A stretch of DNA of 64,000 nt from Sphaerodactylus townsendi. Taxonomy: Eukaryota. Positions within the stretch are counted from its first letter, which is position 1, and each line of letters starts with the position of its first letter. Made by a program: the position numbers and the translations under genes. Under the pieces are notes generated by a model. It saw only the letters and a list, made by a program, of their open reading frames with translations. It ran no database searches and was not told where the DNA came from. This document shows positions 11,101-25,043 of the stretch, piece after piece. The stretch spans positions 101,370,001 to 101,434,000 of the forward strand of contig NC_059430.1 of NCBI RefSeq assembly GCF_021028975.2, written 5' to 3'.

Positions 11101-14100
11101 GGAGCGGTGTACCATGTATAAAATATCTTGTACCAGTTTTCCCTCAAAGTATGATAGGTTGTAAAATTAATATCCTTCATACATAATGACTCCCATTATC
11201 CAAACCAATCCAGCTGCTTCATGACATAATTTAATATTAGGTACTGCCAGTCCTCCTCTTTTTGTCTCATAACATTTTAAATTTTATCCTATGTTACTTG
11301 CCATTCCAGATGATTTTTTTAATCTGGGACTGCCATTCCTTCAGTTTTATCTTTTATAGAGACAGGAAGTATTGATAAAAAACTCATCTTAACAGCTGCA
11401 GTTCTTCCCAACAATGAAAATTTTATTTAGACCATCTTCACAAATCTTGTATTTTCTTCTATGTTGTTACAAAATTATCTTTAAATAATGTATCATTTTG
11501 CCCCTTTAAATTAATTCCAAGTTATTTAACTTTATTTGAATAATATTACAACCAGTAATTTTGTCAATATCCTTTTCTTCTTGTTTTGTTACAATTCAAA
11601 AAAAGGTTTTCTTTTTATTAATTTTATATCCTGAATGAAAACCAAACTCTTGTATTTGGTCCATCAAATACTTAATTGATTGTTGTATATCATCTACATA
11701 ACTTTTTATCATATATTCTTCTCCATTAACACTCAAACCTTTCATTCTTTGATCTCTTCTAATCTTTGTTGCCTTTGAAAGCTGATGAGACTTCTAAAAA
11801 CAGCCTCATTCTTCGACCAAGTGTTTAGGGTATTTTGATAACAGCAATTCATCAGATTTTATTCTGGTTTGATATGTCTGCTTGGTATGAACCCTGAATG
11901 CATGTTGCTGAAGGGTCTTTTTCCTATTGCTGCACTGGTATTATAGTGTTTCAGCATACCTTGCCACATTATTTTAAAACTGATCTATTGTAAGGTGTCT
12001 TGATTAAGGGTATACACGTCTAAAAAAAAAAATGAAAGTTGAAAAGCTTTGAAACAAGCAAACTTCTGCAGGGGGTCTTGTAGTGAAACCAGTAATCCAG
12101 CCCAGCCCTGGAAAACCAGTTCCAGGAAATCTTTACACAGTGCAAGCAGGGTCAACTCTGCTTTACCTGCTGCTTTTCAGGACACTTTCCCTCCATGTCT
12201 CTTCCTGCTGCCATCTTCACCAGTGATACTGAAAGGAAGGATGTACAAATGATGGCCTCCCGTTCCTATAGCAACAAAGCATGTCACAAATGTAGGCTTG
12301 TGACTTCACTGCTATGTTAGGACACAGAAGGAAACAGTTGGAAGTTTCAGACATGCTCTGGCAACCACGAACTGGAGAACTGCCAGCATCACTTGTGACA
12401 ACTGCAAAGCAGTGCTAGTCAATACCACCCACAACTGCAATGTCTGGCAAGGTCCTACCCTGCAAGGAGTCACATAGTCCAAATACTTTCCTCTCTACCT
12501 TCCTAGCTGGACCAACTCAGAATCCCTCATTTATGACTTTTCACTCTTCCAGTTCCACCGTGCAGCCTCTGCACACACACACACAAACTCCCAACAAGGC
12601 TTTTCTGTTTCTAGATTCTTCCCATGTTCTTAAAACACCTCTATGTCCCTCTCTGGCTTAAGCTCTCCCTTCAGTGCCCAGCTTCCCAGCAGACACCCCT
12701 CCCAGCCCCAGCTCAAGGCCCCAGCTCAAAGCACATTTAGTCATCCTGTCCTCTGCAGTTTGGCAATAGGGAGACAACAGATTGTGAATTCTTTTAGGGC
12801 TCCAGGGACCAATACCCAGTCTCTGTCCTTGAAGATAGGAAAGATTATAAGCCTACCTAATTCAGTCTTGAGGAAGGTCAATAGGCTCAGGTGTTCTTCA
12901 GCGGGGACCTAGGACTGCTGCACTCCCCAAGTCAGTTAATAAAATTGGCCTTGGGAATTCAGCACTTCTAGATTCAAAGCTTAAGCCACGGCCTCCTGGT
13001 CCTTGGCTCTCTTCCAACACACTGCATTGCCTCCCTCTGCTTCCTATCATGCTATTAATTGCTGCTGAGTAATATACAGACTCATATATTTAAAACTGGG
13101 ACTCCCATTGTTGAGTCAGAGGGAGACGCAGACAGACAAGGAGATGCTAAGGGAAAAGACTGGACAAACATGGCTGTGTTTTGTTCACTGCTGTACCATA
13201 CAAAAGGGAGGTCCAATCAGAAAGAGGCAGCTGGTAAGGAAAAGTGAGCATGGGGTAGCCAGCAAGGCTTAGAAAGTCACTTTATTTTGTCAGGAATTAG
13301 AAAAGACAGTAGAATAGCCTGTGTCATTATTAGGCACAGAGTTTTTAAAAAGTAGGGCTGTACCAGACATCCCTTATTCAAGACAAAAAAAAGGTTTTCA
13401 GGGGGTAGGGAACATCAAGTATTCCCACCACACCCCAAATTTTAGGGTTGAGTCCCACAGAAGATTTCCACGCACACAACAGTTCTTGTAGGAAGTACTA
13501 AAACTACTCCTCATTATCTGCTTGTGCCAAGTGAAAGTGATCATACCCTGCCACTTTTTTCATGCGCAACACTGCAGCACAAGACATTTCTGCTGGTAGT
13601 TTCAAAACCAGACTAAGTGAAATCACATGAACCATGTACATTTCACTGCTCCCATATAGACATGTATTTACTTTAAAATCACAAAGTGATTGGTGTTGCT
13701 GGAGCTGTTGCGCAAGGGGAATGAATGGTATGAAGTGACTTTTATTTTCCATGTACATACATCATTGGATCCAATCCAGAATATCAACAGATCTCATCCC
13801 CTGCAACAGCACCTTCATTTGTCACTTGGTCTCCAATCGAGCATTACAGCAGGATTACATGGTAGTCAGCCAACTCAGCTACAGATTTGAATCTTTTGAG
13901 ACACCCCACATTGCTGCTTTCTTTTTGCCATTGGGCAAAATAATACAATGTGTGACAGATCAATACTTCAACTTTCGCCACCTAAAGCGAGTCCCATAAG
14001 CTCCATGTGCACCCCAGTGGTCCAAACTCTTTCCTCTGGGCTGGCAACCGAGAGCTCAGCTCTTATCTCCCAGAGGGCTGGGTTTGGCGATGGCGATGGG

Positions 14101-14881
14101 GTCTCTCGAACCACACCCTAAGACAGAAAAGCAATACTGTTTTTCTGTGGAAAATTTTTCCACATCTGATGAGACTAGGGCAATGTGCTCTCAAGTCATG
14201 ACAACCCAGTCCACTGTGTATTCATGGCAACAGATGAGCAGAACTGGTTGACCACTGGCTTCCTCTGTATAGTAAGCCTGGACTACCTTGCTGGTCTCCC
14301 ATCCATGTACTACCCTGCTTAGTTTTCCAGTTCTGACAAGCTTCAGCCACACTGGGCTATTCAACTGTGAGACAGGCTAAATGTGACTATATGTGAAATA
14401 TGAAGAACTGGCAAAACCCATTGTAGTCGCCCATGGAGGAGCTTAGAACAATAAGGCTGGCTCCTCGATCTGGACCAAACTTTTTCCAGGCTTGTCCATT
14501 GCGTATTTGCCATCTTCTGCTAACATTTGGCAACAAGCCGAAGCAAAACAAAAATGGATTACTTCTTGAGCTGGGGAAAGCTGAAGAGTTTCCACATGCT
14601 TTTGGTTGCTCTGAACTAACTGATTTCAAATAGTTCTGAATCAGATTGTGCTTAACCTAAAATGAAACTCATAAGCAGTACAGAGCTGTTAATGAAGCAG
14701 AAGGTGCCATAATGACCTCAAAAGAAGAAAATCAAACCCTGCCAATGTAAGAGTGACTGTTACAGGCCTTTACTACATGAAAAAGTGTGTTAAGTTGTAA
14801 ATTTTATAATTTAATTTTTTTCATATTATTTTATTTTTAGTATTTTATTATTTTTCCTTTATTTATTTATTTATTTAATTT

Positions 14882-14916
<35 letters not shown>

Positions 14917-17900
14917 TTATATTAAACTTCTATACCGCCCTTCCCCAAAGGGCTCAGGGCGGTGTCCATTAATTATATAAAATAGTTAAAATCCATTACA
15001 CCCCAATCCCAGTTAAGAACCATATATAAATTATAAAAATTCAGATGGCGATTAAAATTGTTTCCCCTTTAAATGTAAACAAACAACACACGTATATGTG
15101 ATTTTCTGTACATTTTTACAGGTATTCCAATAAAATAATCTGTACATAAAGCTTTCAATGTGTCTGACTATAACACTTAAACTATAGTGTGTGTTTAAGT
15201 TCACCTTAATATTTCAGTTCAAATACTGTGACTTGGAAAAACCTCTGATATTTATATCAGTCATAAAAAAGGTATTTTTTGTTCTATTACATATCTTTTG
15301 TGTGGCTACTGAGGGAGAATGCATGTTTGGGAAATTTAAAAAGGAGTCAAACAAGTATGCTAAATCAGATCGTGTTATTTAGGGCATCAGAAATTTTTCC
15401 AATTCTGATTTTCCATGAAAATCCACATGGGTAGGGATCCAAACACACTTCAAGGGTATACAGGAGCTTTCATACGAGAGCTTTTGGCATGATGTCAGAG
15501 TAACATAAATGGTTTTGAGTGTTACTAATTCACAGGAACACAATGTGCGCTTCCTGTTCCTGAACATTAATGTCTAAGTGAAACCACCACACTGGACTTT
15601 TATGTGCTCAGAAAATATCAAGACTGTATTTTGGTTGTAAAATTGTACATATGAACCATAATTGCAGGGAATTTGAACATGCTGTTCCTGTGTGCCATGG
15701 GAACTTCCCAGACTGTTTCTCTGAATGTATATTCATGCTTTGAAACAAACAACCTATCCAAAGTCACTGAATATTTCATAACACGTCTGCCATGCATGCT
15801 TTTTCTCCTGCTCTCTCCCACTTTAAACTTCCCCCTCAGCTCGTTACACGGATCCATACAAATTTGGAAACTAGGCCCAAGAACATGCTTTTCAACCTTT
15901 CCACTAACACCATCACTTCTGCCTAGACAGCTACATTCCAAGGATTGCCTGGCTGTGAAACTCTTAGCACTCCAAAAAAGCAGCGCACAGAAGATAAGGA
16001 ACCTGACACAGCTATCCTCAAGATGGTTCAGCACAGGCAACTGAAAACAAAAATGAATACCATCATTTTTTAGTTCTCAGGGGTATTTACAAACTCAGAT
16101 GCTTTTGTCATTGGTGGACACCACTCCCCGCAGATGAAATGCTACAATTCCCCCCTCCCATTTCCAAGATAAGCTCATGAGTTAAATCAAACTAGCTTAC
16201 TACAGAGTACATGTCATCATCAGCCCACAATACCAGATAAAGCACGAGTCATGAGCCATTTGGCAGTACACGTCACCTACAGGCAGCAGTCACGTAACGC
16301 TCCAACTATTCAACTCAAACCAACCAAGAATCAAGGATTCAGCAGGTGAATCTGTGCCAAGCATGTGGCAGTCACCACAGAGTGACTAAGATTGTTTCCC
16401 TTGCTCTTTTCCCACCAACTTTTGCAAAACTGTGAACTTCCAAAAATTTTCTATGCCAGCTGAGACCATCTAGCTGAGTATTCCATCTAGTTAAGAGGCA
16501 TCTAGCTGAGATATTTAGTAAAAAAACACCAAGATTGTGAGAGCAACGAAATTTCACAGCAAGGCTTCAATGCAAATATTAAATTAAAGAACACGTGCTT
16601 ATCTTGGTCTGAAGATTTTAAACCACTACTGTCCCATGAGATAGTTACATAAAGGAAGAGTCAATTTGATCCTGTATTTTTCACATTTCTATGTGAAAAA
16701 TGCTTCAGAGGAAACATTTTTATCAACATTTAAGTGTTTAATGTTGGATGACAGAATAAAAATGCATCATCCTCTGTGTTCAACAACTTTTCAAAATTCC
16801 ATATAAAGTAATGATGAAACTGGTCAGTGTGTAAGGGGGTTAACATGGAGACAGGATGATCTCACTATGACCAAATGTGATCACTTTTCAGGAGGATTTT
16901 GCTAAAAATATGAAGTCGGGGGATGATTTCTCTATTTTTTCCTCTAAGGATTTTTTAAAATTTCCACTCCCAAAACATGCAATTCTTCCATAATATTTAT
17001 TTAAAAGATTTATATGCCACATTTCTGCCTAATCAAGGTCTCCAATATGCTATGTGCACAATATATTACTTAAAAATTCAGTTTTCAAAGTTTGAAGTTT
17101 CTCCTGATATTCAAACATATGGCTAGCCTTATTATGACTGTACGATGCTTTTGGTACTAATAAATGCATTTTTCATTAAAAAATCTTTTTGCTGTTTTAG
17201 AATAAGAAAAAATGAATTATACATAAGCTAAGGAAATTGACACATACTATCTCCCGTTAGTATTCAGCAACCTTATAATGCTGCTTGTACAAACTTTGGC
17301 ATTTAGCTTAAATTTCATAAATATGCCAAATAGTGCAATTTTACAGGCTAAGTTATCAATGACACATTTTATACTATAACAGCAATAAAATAAAGAGTAG
17401 ACGTGATAAGACTTGATAGACTTGCCTATATTTCTATTTTCCCCATGCCTTCAACATTTATATTCCCAAAAATCTGTTTACAATGTTGAGGAATGCCAGA
17501 TGTTTACACTCAGAACTGCATCTAAGGTATCTTTGCCATTTACAGCTGGCCTAACTAACTGTTCTTTTCAGGATAATAATTTACTGTTATCAACCACACA
17601 AACCCCTTAAAGACACATGGGAGTGTGAGCATAGTAAAGGCCAATTTAAGGGCTAAGAAAAGAAAGTAACAGTCCAAAACAAACCCTGCTCTACCCATGT
17701 CGATTCTCAGCCTACGTTCCAGTCCCTCTTGACTACACTTCCCAAACAAGCCTAGGACACTGGAGAAAAGACCAGACCAAATAACCAAAGAGACAGCAGA
17801 AGCCATGATCACTAGAAGGGAATAAGCGGGTGGTAAAGGTAGGAAGAAAAGATGACCTAAAGCTACTCCAAACCCCTCTCAGAGGGTCTGCCAGTAAGTC

Positions 17901-20900
17901 ACGCTGCTGGTCAGAGATATCCATTTCAAGTATATGTGTGTTGTCAGCATAATTTGATGTATTAAGTGTGCCACTGACACGAATAGCACATATTAGGTGA
18001 GCCTGTGAACGCAAGTTACAATTCTACAGTAATTCAGAATGTGTTTCCACTTTTGGAGTGATCTTTCCTTTTGTAAAAAGAGAAAGTTTCCAGTCATTCA
18101 GGTTTAGAAACATGGGGGCAACTACTAATGAAGTGGTAAAGGGGGCAACACCTACTGAAGTGGTAAATGTTTTTACTAGTTCAGGGCCCTCACCATAATT
18201 ATAATTATGCCTCTAGAGTACCACAGAATGTGTTCCTCAATGCGTGCATGTGCAGGTCACAGAACCAAGAGATACCCCATCAGCCCACAATGGATCACTA
18301 GAGTACTGTACCTCTGCTAGCAAATCCTCTATTCAGGCAATTCATTTGATTGCCTGGTGTGGCCATCACCACCGCAGACAAGCTTACAATGCAACAACAT
18401 CGACGGAATGTGCCCTTTTGCTGACCAGCCAGACTGCAAACAAGAGAAGAATGGAAAAGCATTTGACCATCTAAGAAGTCAAGCTATTGCTATAAATGGC
18501 CTTTCCACATGTTAAGTCAAAGCGATTCCCCAACATTGCAACAGGTGTAAGATGCCAAACCCCTGACACTGTGTCCTCCGTACCTCCTAACAAAAGCAAC
18601 TCAGCACATGAAAGCCCAAGACAGATACAGGCAGGGCCTCAATCACACCTCGTGACCACAGCAAAGGGATACCCGGGATGTTACCTACGGCCACGACCAG
18701 AGAGAAAACAACATTACGAAGTCTTAAAAACTATCCACACAGCTAGAATTTTTCCAGCCTTTACATATCGTCCAGTGTGAGTGAGGTTTTGACAGACCCA
18801 ATGAATATTTTCACAACTGCACCACAGCACATGAAATGATAGCCAGGGGGCTGTCAGACTAGAGATTGCCCAGTGCAGTTTGATTGGCACTTATTTGTTC
18901 CAAAGGGGTTCCAGCAGTTTGGTTTCTGAGACATGTTAAGCAAATAGGGCTTACCCTCACAGAATGCAGGGTATAGAACCATTACTACCCCCAACTTGCA
19001 TGCTATTAAAATATCTATACACTGCCTTTCTTCTAAGCTCAGGGTTATGGTGTTGCTCACCAATCAGGACTTTCAGGTGGGCTGTATGGGACACAAAACT
19101 GACCTACAGGATTGTGGTCAGTTCTAAAGTTGCTGCAGAGGTAAGTCTGTTGTAGAATTTAAAAAACCTTCTGGTATCTTAAAGCACTAGCAGATGTATT
19201 GTGAATTACTATATTTAAAAAGCTTGCTAATCTTAAAGTGCCAGAAGACTGTAGTTTGATGGCAATTATAAATAACACTGGAGGACAATGTGAAGTGCTT
19301 TATTACTTGCAGCAGTCAAGATTCACACTACTCATAGGTAGCAAAGTGCTTTTTCAACACAAGGTCAAGAAGCCTACAGGCAAATTCAGTTTAGGTACTG
19401 TGTCACAGCTTCCAACCACAGGCAAATCATGCAGTGACCCTTGAAACTTCTTCTCTGTACATGTGCTAGCCAACTGTACCCTGACATACAAATAGAAAAC
19501 CCAAGGACAGCCTTGCCTTCTTAAAGAGCTATTGAATAGACCATGGTTTTAGCTAAAAGTACAAGACAAACTCTAGGCTTTAAATTATTTGGCAATTGCA
19601 CCATTCCAAGACAACACTCAGGTATTTTTCACAGAAATAAAGGGAGAGGACCCCAAGATCTCTTCCTTCCTTAAAACCAGGCACTGAAGCTCATAATATA
19701 TGGATGTGCTCGCTCTTTTGTCTGACCTGTGGCCTAGCCCGAGGGATGAAGGTTGTGTGGTAGAGGTTCTTTATTTTGCTCCGAGGCTGCTTCTGATAAA
19801 TGCGAGGTCTATTAACAACAAAATTGCTACTCTCCGGGATTACCTTGGAGAACAAGCTGTCGACCTCAACTCAAAATTGACCCATGAAAGGGTCAAGAAC
19901 TCAAAGAGATGCAATTTTAATTCTTACTGTGCTTCTGCTTCTGATGCACCCACCAGTTCATAGACTAAAGATCCACCCCCAATCCTAGTTGTCACAAAAG
20001 TTCAAACTCTCTGTCACAGTCTAGCAAGGAAACACTGCAACAAAACAGGATCTCTTCCTAGCATACCAATTGTATTACTAGATGACTAAAGAATTTTATA
20101 CTAGACATAACACCCTTCGAATGCAGTTAAAATCCAGACAACAAAAAAAGGGAAAGAATGGGAAAAAAAACTGTTGAAAAGCTGGGAAGATTTACTCCCA
20201 TCCTTCTCTTAATAAACAGGCAAAGGTAACCAACAGCCAATTCTTCCATTACAAAGACAGGACAGAATTTTGCAACCTCCTTCTCACACTCCAAAGTCGG
20301 CCTTGCTGTGCGCAAACAGGAGCTCAGCTGCTGTCTCAGAAGAGCTCACAAACACTTCAGACTGCAGATTCTTGAAGAAAAAAGTTGTACAGGACTTTCT
20401 AGTATCTACATAAGTTGTTAGAAGAAACAAGAATTGGAGAAACTACAGCAATTTAACTATATAATACCAGAAAACATGAAGCATCTGTCCCATCTGTCCT
20501 TTAGGAAAGAATGCAAAGCAAAAATATTTTGCAATGCCTTTGTGGGGTAAATAATTAGACTTTCACTGTCATATATTGACTTGTTTTAATTAGGATGGGA
20601 TTAGACTTTTATTATCATATTAGACTTTTTCAGCTTCTGGTTAATACTTAATAGCAATAATTAGACTTTTATTGTCATATACTGACTTGTTTTAATTAGA
20701 GTCGGGTTTTGGTAGCCATTAAGCCCCCCCCCCCCCCCCCCGCTTTGGGTGGAATGGGAAAGCAGAGTGCACGTGTTTCAATGTAAGTAAAACCTCTGTG
20801 TGTAATATGATAATTACTAAAAAAAAACCCACGGTATTACACATTCTATCGAATTAAAGCTACAGTCAAATGAATGAATCCTCCTTTCATACTCACCCAA

Positions 20901-22582
20901 GAACCATTTCTCACCCTAACACTGGCAGGACTGAAATTAGTATTTTCGAAAAATAGTACATTATCCTAGAGGGCCTGAGTACCCAAATGCTGTGGTTGTT
21001 ACTTCCCTACATCAAATTTTTACAGATTAGTAAATAGCAACTTGCTTGGCCACCTGTAACAAGTAAGAACTGGAAGACTAGGCAGAAAACTCTTGTTGAA
21101 AACTAGCAGCCCCAATGGGGTTCCCTTGGTGAACAAGAGATTAATAAAGTCTGGATGTGAACAAGTAGACTGGTAAAAAAAATTGTAGACTAATTTTTGT
21201 ATCTGTTTGTGGTGCCACTTTGCAAAACAGTAATGCAAGATAATTCAGACTACAAATAATATTATAGCCTTTGTTATACTTCCTAAACCAAGGGTACGAA
21301 GCAAGCAATAAGACAGCCCAATCTAAGCCACTTGTTTGAACTGGTACAAATGGGCCATCTAATTTCATTATCACTGCAAGAGCAAAAAGCTATAACAGAC
21401 AAATCCCCTTAGAAAAGGCTTTGAGGCCTTGGGGCAACAACAATTCAGAGGCAGAGCATACATGTCATATAGAAGGCCCCTGGTTTCAATACCAGTGTAT
21501 GATTATTGTATTTTTGAAGTATCCTGATCAGTGACTGTATAAATAAATAAGTAAGTAATAGCAGTGTATAGACACCAGGCAGTCAAGACTAGAGAGTGGC
21601 AGTGCGTCAAAAAAGACAGCACCACTTTAGATACAGTGATGGCCGACTAACACCAATGTTCACACTGCCTCATGAGAACATGCAATCACACAATACACAT
21701 TGCAAAGTTATCACTAGAATCCCTGTTATGCATATGTGTCTGGATTTACTCCCTGCTCTTCTCAACCATAAGAAGTCTCAAAGCAGCTTACAAACTCCTT
21801 TCCCTTCCTCTCCCCACAACAAACACCTTGTGAGGCAGGTGGAACTGACAGAGTTCTGAGAGAACTGTGACTGGCTCAAGGCCACCCAGCAGGTTTCATG
21901 TGGAGGAGTGAGGAAACAAACCTGGTTCTCCAGATCAGCTGCTTATGTAGAGGAGTGGAGAATCAAACCCAGTTCTACTCTTAACCACTTTTCCGCGGAG
22001 GGGAAGGCCGGGAACGAAAGCTGGAGTGACTCAAGGAATTGCCCAGCATCCCTAACGTCATATGAAAATACACAGACCGAGGCATCAATTTACAGCACCG
22101 TGACAGAGTCTAGCCAGCCAACCCGCCCTCCTCTGGACTGCTGGGAAAGAAGCAGAGCAAACAATGGACCCACACTTCAGGGCAAGGGGGGGGGGATTAA
22201 CTTTGCCCCCTTTCCCAAGGCAACGTACTGCCCCCCCAGAATGCAGGCCAGGCTCTCGGTCGGGATGGGGGCGCGACCGGAAAACCAAGAAATGTGTGTG
22301 TGGCGGGAGAAGCAACTCCATCCGCCCCCGGCCACCTTACGTCGCGCCTACCACAAAACTGGCGGTCCAGAGACCCAGAAGCCGAAAGAAGCATCGACAC
22401 CCCCACCCCCCCTCCTCCTCAAGAAGGGGAGGCCCAGCGCCACTCAGCAGGACAGCAGAGACTAACGAAAGGTTTCGCTAGTCACCTCACACGGGGAGAG
22501 GGCTGTCAGGCCGCCGCCTAAGCCGGAGAAGGGGAGCCTAAGGCGCCCCTCAGGAAAGGCAGGCTCCGTGTCTCTCACCCAT
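2180..22582 (-). CDS. KPNA6: Importin subunit alpha-7 (karyopherin alpha 6), 5' portion; coding exons 22582-22579, 3707-3571, 2275-2180; gene continues beyond the left edge
   Basis: Spliced translation M|[46 protein letters not shown]|[32 protein letters not shown] matches the importin-alpha IBB domain of KPNA6. Exon 1 is ATGG|GTGAGA inside a CpG island; all junctions are GT-AG and in phase. Confidence 0.93.
4078..4850. mobile_element. Non-autonomous Tc1/mariner (Tc2/pogo-like) DNA element with an internal palindrome
   Basis: Inverted ends GTATATACTCGCATATAAGTC ... GACTTATACACAAGTATATACGG, repeated CTCGACTTATA subterminal motifs, internal inverted repeat about 4200-4330 vs 4370-4490, flanked by CA/TG microsatellite. 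Confidence 0.65.
4892..5013 (+). repeat. DIRS left inverted terminal repeat
   Basis: 4911-5013 is the exact reverse complement of 10325-10427; 4892-4926 is complementary to ICR 10039-10073 with one mismatch. Confidence 0.95.
5209..7078 (+). CDS. DIRS gag-like ORF1 (frameshift near 6438; start uncertain, nearest ATG at 5209 is out of frame with 5304-6455)
   Basis: ORF 5304-6455 (..[16 protein letters not shown]) continues in another frame as [28 protein letters not shown] (6512-7078), typical of vertebrate DIRS gag. Confidence 0.8.
6918..8971 (+). CDS. DIRS pol: reverse transcriptase, RNase H and DNA N6-adenine methyltransferase-like domain (frameshifted at about 7860-7880)
   Basis: RT motifs [23 protein letters not shown] and YLDD (7689-7700); RNase H motifs FTDAS, INLLE, TDN and NVEADWLSR; C-terminal IDLFAS...LYAFPP. 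Confidence 0.92.
8950..10002 (+). CDS. DIRS tyrosine recombinase (frameshifts near 9445 and 9815-9840)
   Basis: [15 protein letters not shown] (catalytic Arg at 9430), LDVRRAL, an indel-scrambled H-S-T-R region at about 9813-9830, then [14 protein letters not shown] (Tyr at 9928); stop TAA 10000-10002. Confidence 0.9.
10039..10134 (+). repeat. DIRS internal complementary region (ICR)
   Basis: 10039-10073 is the reverse complement of the left end (1 mismatch). 10072-10134 is the exact reverse complement of the right end 10418-10480. The two halves overlap at AA. Confidence 0.95.
10325..10480 (+). repeat. DIRS right inverted terminal repeat with right extension
   Basis: Inverted copy of the left ITR followed by an extension ending ...GGACCGTT. 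Confidence 0.95.
10640..12000 (-). mobile_element. Degenerate L1/Tx1-clade LINE ORF2 fragment
   Basis: Broken minus-strand translations [19 protein letters not shown] and a C-terminal YWK...LTAARVI..RWK region; AT-rich. Confidence 0.7.
14830..15060 (-). repeat. (ATTT)n microsatellite forming the tail of an L2-type 3' end
   Basis: ATTT array followed by CTTCTATACCGCCCTTCCCCAAAGGGCTCAGGGCGG. Confidence 0.55.
19700..19867 (+). mobile_element. L2/CR1-clade LINE endonuclease N-terminal fragment
   Basis: Translation [27 protein letters not shown] resembles APE endonuclease motif I. Confidence 0.7.
20100..20790 (+). mobile_element. Degenerate L2-like LINE 3' fragment
   Basis: ORF2-end-like [16 protein letters not shown] followed by a T-rich 3' UTR containing an approximately 44-bp direct duplication. 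Confidence 0.45.
21745..21990 (-). mobile_element. tRNA/CORE SINE (Squam3-like)
   Basis: Shares CACAACAAACACC..GTGAGG..GAACTGTGACT..CAAGG..CACCCAGC with the other copies in the window. Confidence 0.75.
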
Positions 22583-22900
22583 GCCTGCGAGCCTCGCTCT
22601 CGCTCTCTTGCACGCGCTTTCGTTCCCTCCCTCCGGCAGCAGCTCCGGCGACGACAATATGGCGGGCAAGGGAAGCCAGGCCAATGAGCCGAGGCGCCTG
22701 CGAGGGAGGACGGGGGCTCAAGAGGAAGCCGACGGCGGCCGAGGTGGGACAGAATGCCTCGCCGATACGCGCCTCTTCAACCAGCCGTCTAGCCACGCCC
22801 CCTTAATATAGAGGAAGGCGTTCGAGGAGAGGGAGGGTGCGGCTCAGCTGAGGATGGGCCGGGAGGGGTGTGGCGGCGGTGTCTCAGTGGCAGAGAGTCT
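22200..22900 (-). promoter_or_regulatory. CpG-island promoter and first exon of KPNA6
   Basis: Sharp rise in GC and CpG, CCAAT at about 22681, YY1-like GCCATATTG on the minus strand at about 22655-22663, GC boxes, and the ATGG|GT exon end. Confidence 0.8.
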
Positions 22901-23759
22901 CCCATACGAAGCAGGTGGAGATTTAAATTTGTGTCCCAGTAAATCTCCCACGTTCTTCTGGTGCCACTTTACGTGTGCACCAGAGGCAGCTTTGTGGACA
23001 AAGAAGGCGTCTTAATAAAGTCGTGGGTGCAAATATGTCTTAGTACACACGCTCTCCCTCTCTCTTTGCTTCACTATGTGCCTGTGTAGATATCCCGTAT
23101 TCTCAATGGGAATCCAAAGCGACAGTCTCTCCTTCCCCATTTTATCAAAACAACCCTGCAAGGTATTGGGGGGGGGGGGGAGAGGAGGAGTAGGAGCGGT
23201 TCAGAGGTTGATATCCGAGTTGTGCAGATGCAGTTGTCTGGGCTGGTAGAATGAAGCGGGGCTCAGTTGCCAAAAAACAAAAACTCCTTGCAAGGAGAAA
23301 ACTAAACGTGGAAAGAGGTTCTCACTGTCCTCTTCTGCTGCAACACTAGAGTTCAACTTGAAGGGAACTTACTAACCTTAGGGCAGCATTTCTTTTAAAC
23401 ACCTAAGCTTAATAAAAAGTTTTTGAGAACTTGAAAGCTCACATGCTGCTTTGTTATTTTAAGCGTAACCTACTGTAAACCATGTTTCTGATTCCAAATA
23501 TGCAAGGACTGTCTAAGATTCAGTAATGAAGGGAAGATGCCTAGAAATACTGAATTTTTTTGTTATATATTATTGTATGTACATTTGATGGAATGCACAC
23601 AGATCGTACTATAGTCCTGGGGCTCTTTTGGATTAATGGAAAATGCCACGGAGTGAATAACAGAGTGAATAAAATATTTTGATATATACATTTGATATAT
23701 ACATATATACATACTATGGAAGCTTACTGGGCAACCTTGGACCAGTCACACAGTCTCAG

Positions 23760-23905
23760 TCATGACCCTGGCTAGTGTTTGGATGGGAGACCTCCAAGGA
23801 ATAACGGGGTTGCAACAAGAGCCAGGCAATGGCAAACCACCTCTAATGTCTCTTGCCTTGCAAACCCTTCGGGGTTGCTGAAAGTCAGCTGTGACTTGAC
23901 AGTAC
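23760..23905 (+). mobile_element. 5S rRNA-derived SINE (5S-Sauria-like), partial
   Basis: 5S box C-like GGATGGGAGACC followed by an RTE/BovB-type tail GGCAATGGCAAACCAC. Confidence 0.7.
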
Positions 23906-24707
23906 AAAAAACTTGTGGACAGCAGATTTAATGTTTCTAAGGTACCACAAGCCTTCCTTTTAAAAAAATGTGTAAATAAGCTTATACGTGTAAAACATGT
24001 AAATAACTCTTCTTAAATGTTTTTTAAAATTGTTAAATATTTGTTTCCTGGCAAAACCCACAAATTAGTCCTTTCTGCTAAGGATCCAGGGCCCAATACA
24101 ATGCGACTTGTTTTCGTTCTTTGATTCGTTAAGCACAAGACATTCTTCCTGAATTTTTTAGATCTGTGCCTGATGTGACATGAGCAGGCATCAAAATAAG
24201 ATTACAGGTGGAGCTCTCATACAAGTTGGGATTAGAGATATCAGATGTGAATTAATACCAATAAGTCATTAAGTACATAAATGGCTCCAGGTGCATTCAG
24301 GCATTTATTTTTCTTTATTTCATTTACTTCATTTACACCCTGCCTTTGTCACTGAGACTCAAGGTGGATTACAATATATATATATAAATTCAATCAACAA
24401 CATACAATTGAGGCACAATTTGCATGCCAGTGTGCACAGCCTTCGCATTCAAGTCCAGGGGCTCCTAACCAAACCATTTAAAACAAGATTACACCTTTCT
24501 AAATCCACTGAAATCATATTTATACCCTACTTTTCTCTCTCTCTCTCTCACTCCCCCCCACAAGGGCCCAAAGCAGCATACAACAGTGTCCCTCCTGCAT
24601 TCTCTCCCCACACACAAACACTGTGAGATTACTTTGGCTGAATGGGTGTGTCTGGCCCAAGGTGATCATGAGAGTTTCTGTGGTGGAATGGGAATCTGGT
24701 TTTCCTT

Positions 24708-25009
24708 GAGAGCCAGCATCATGTAGTAGTAAAGAGCAGGTGGATTCTAATCTGGAGAACCGGGTTTGATTCCCCTCTCCTCCACATATCTGGTGGAGTC
24801 ATATCTGGTGAAGCTGATTTGTTTCCCCCCTCCTACATTCCTGCTGGTTGACCTTGGGCCTGCCAAAGTTCATTCAGAACTCTCTTAGACCCACCTATCT
24901 AAGAAGGTGTCTGTTGTGGGGGGATAAAGAGAAAGGAATTTGTAAGCCCCTTTAAGTTTCCTTACAGGAAAGAAAGGCAGGGTATAAATCCAAACTCTTC
25001 TTCTTCTTT
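24708..25009 (+). mobile_element. tRNA/CORE SINE (Squam3-like) with (CTT)n tail
   Basis: A-box TGTAGTAGTAAAGAGC, B-box GGTTTGATTCC, ends AATCCAAACTCTTCTTC. Confidence 0.8.
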
Positions 25010-25043
25010 CCCGGATTCTAATTATGCACTCTAACCTCTAAAC

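Noticed and set aside
12315-13018. Possible solo LTR (TGTT...AACA with AATAAA near 12938)
   Set aside because: No matching target-site duplication and no second copy in the window.
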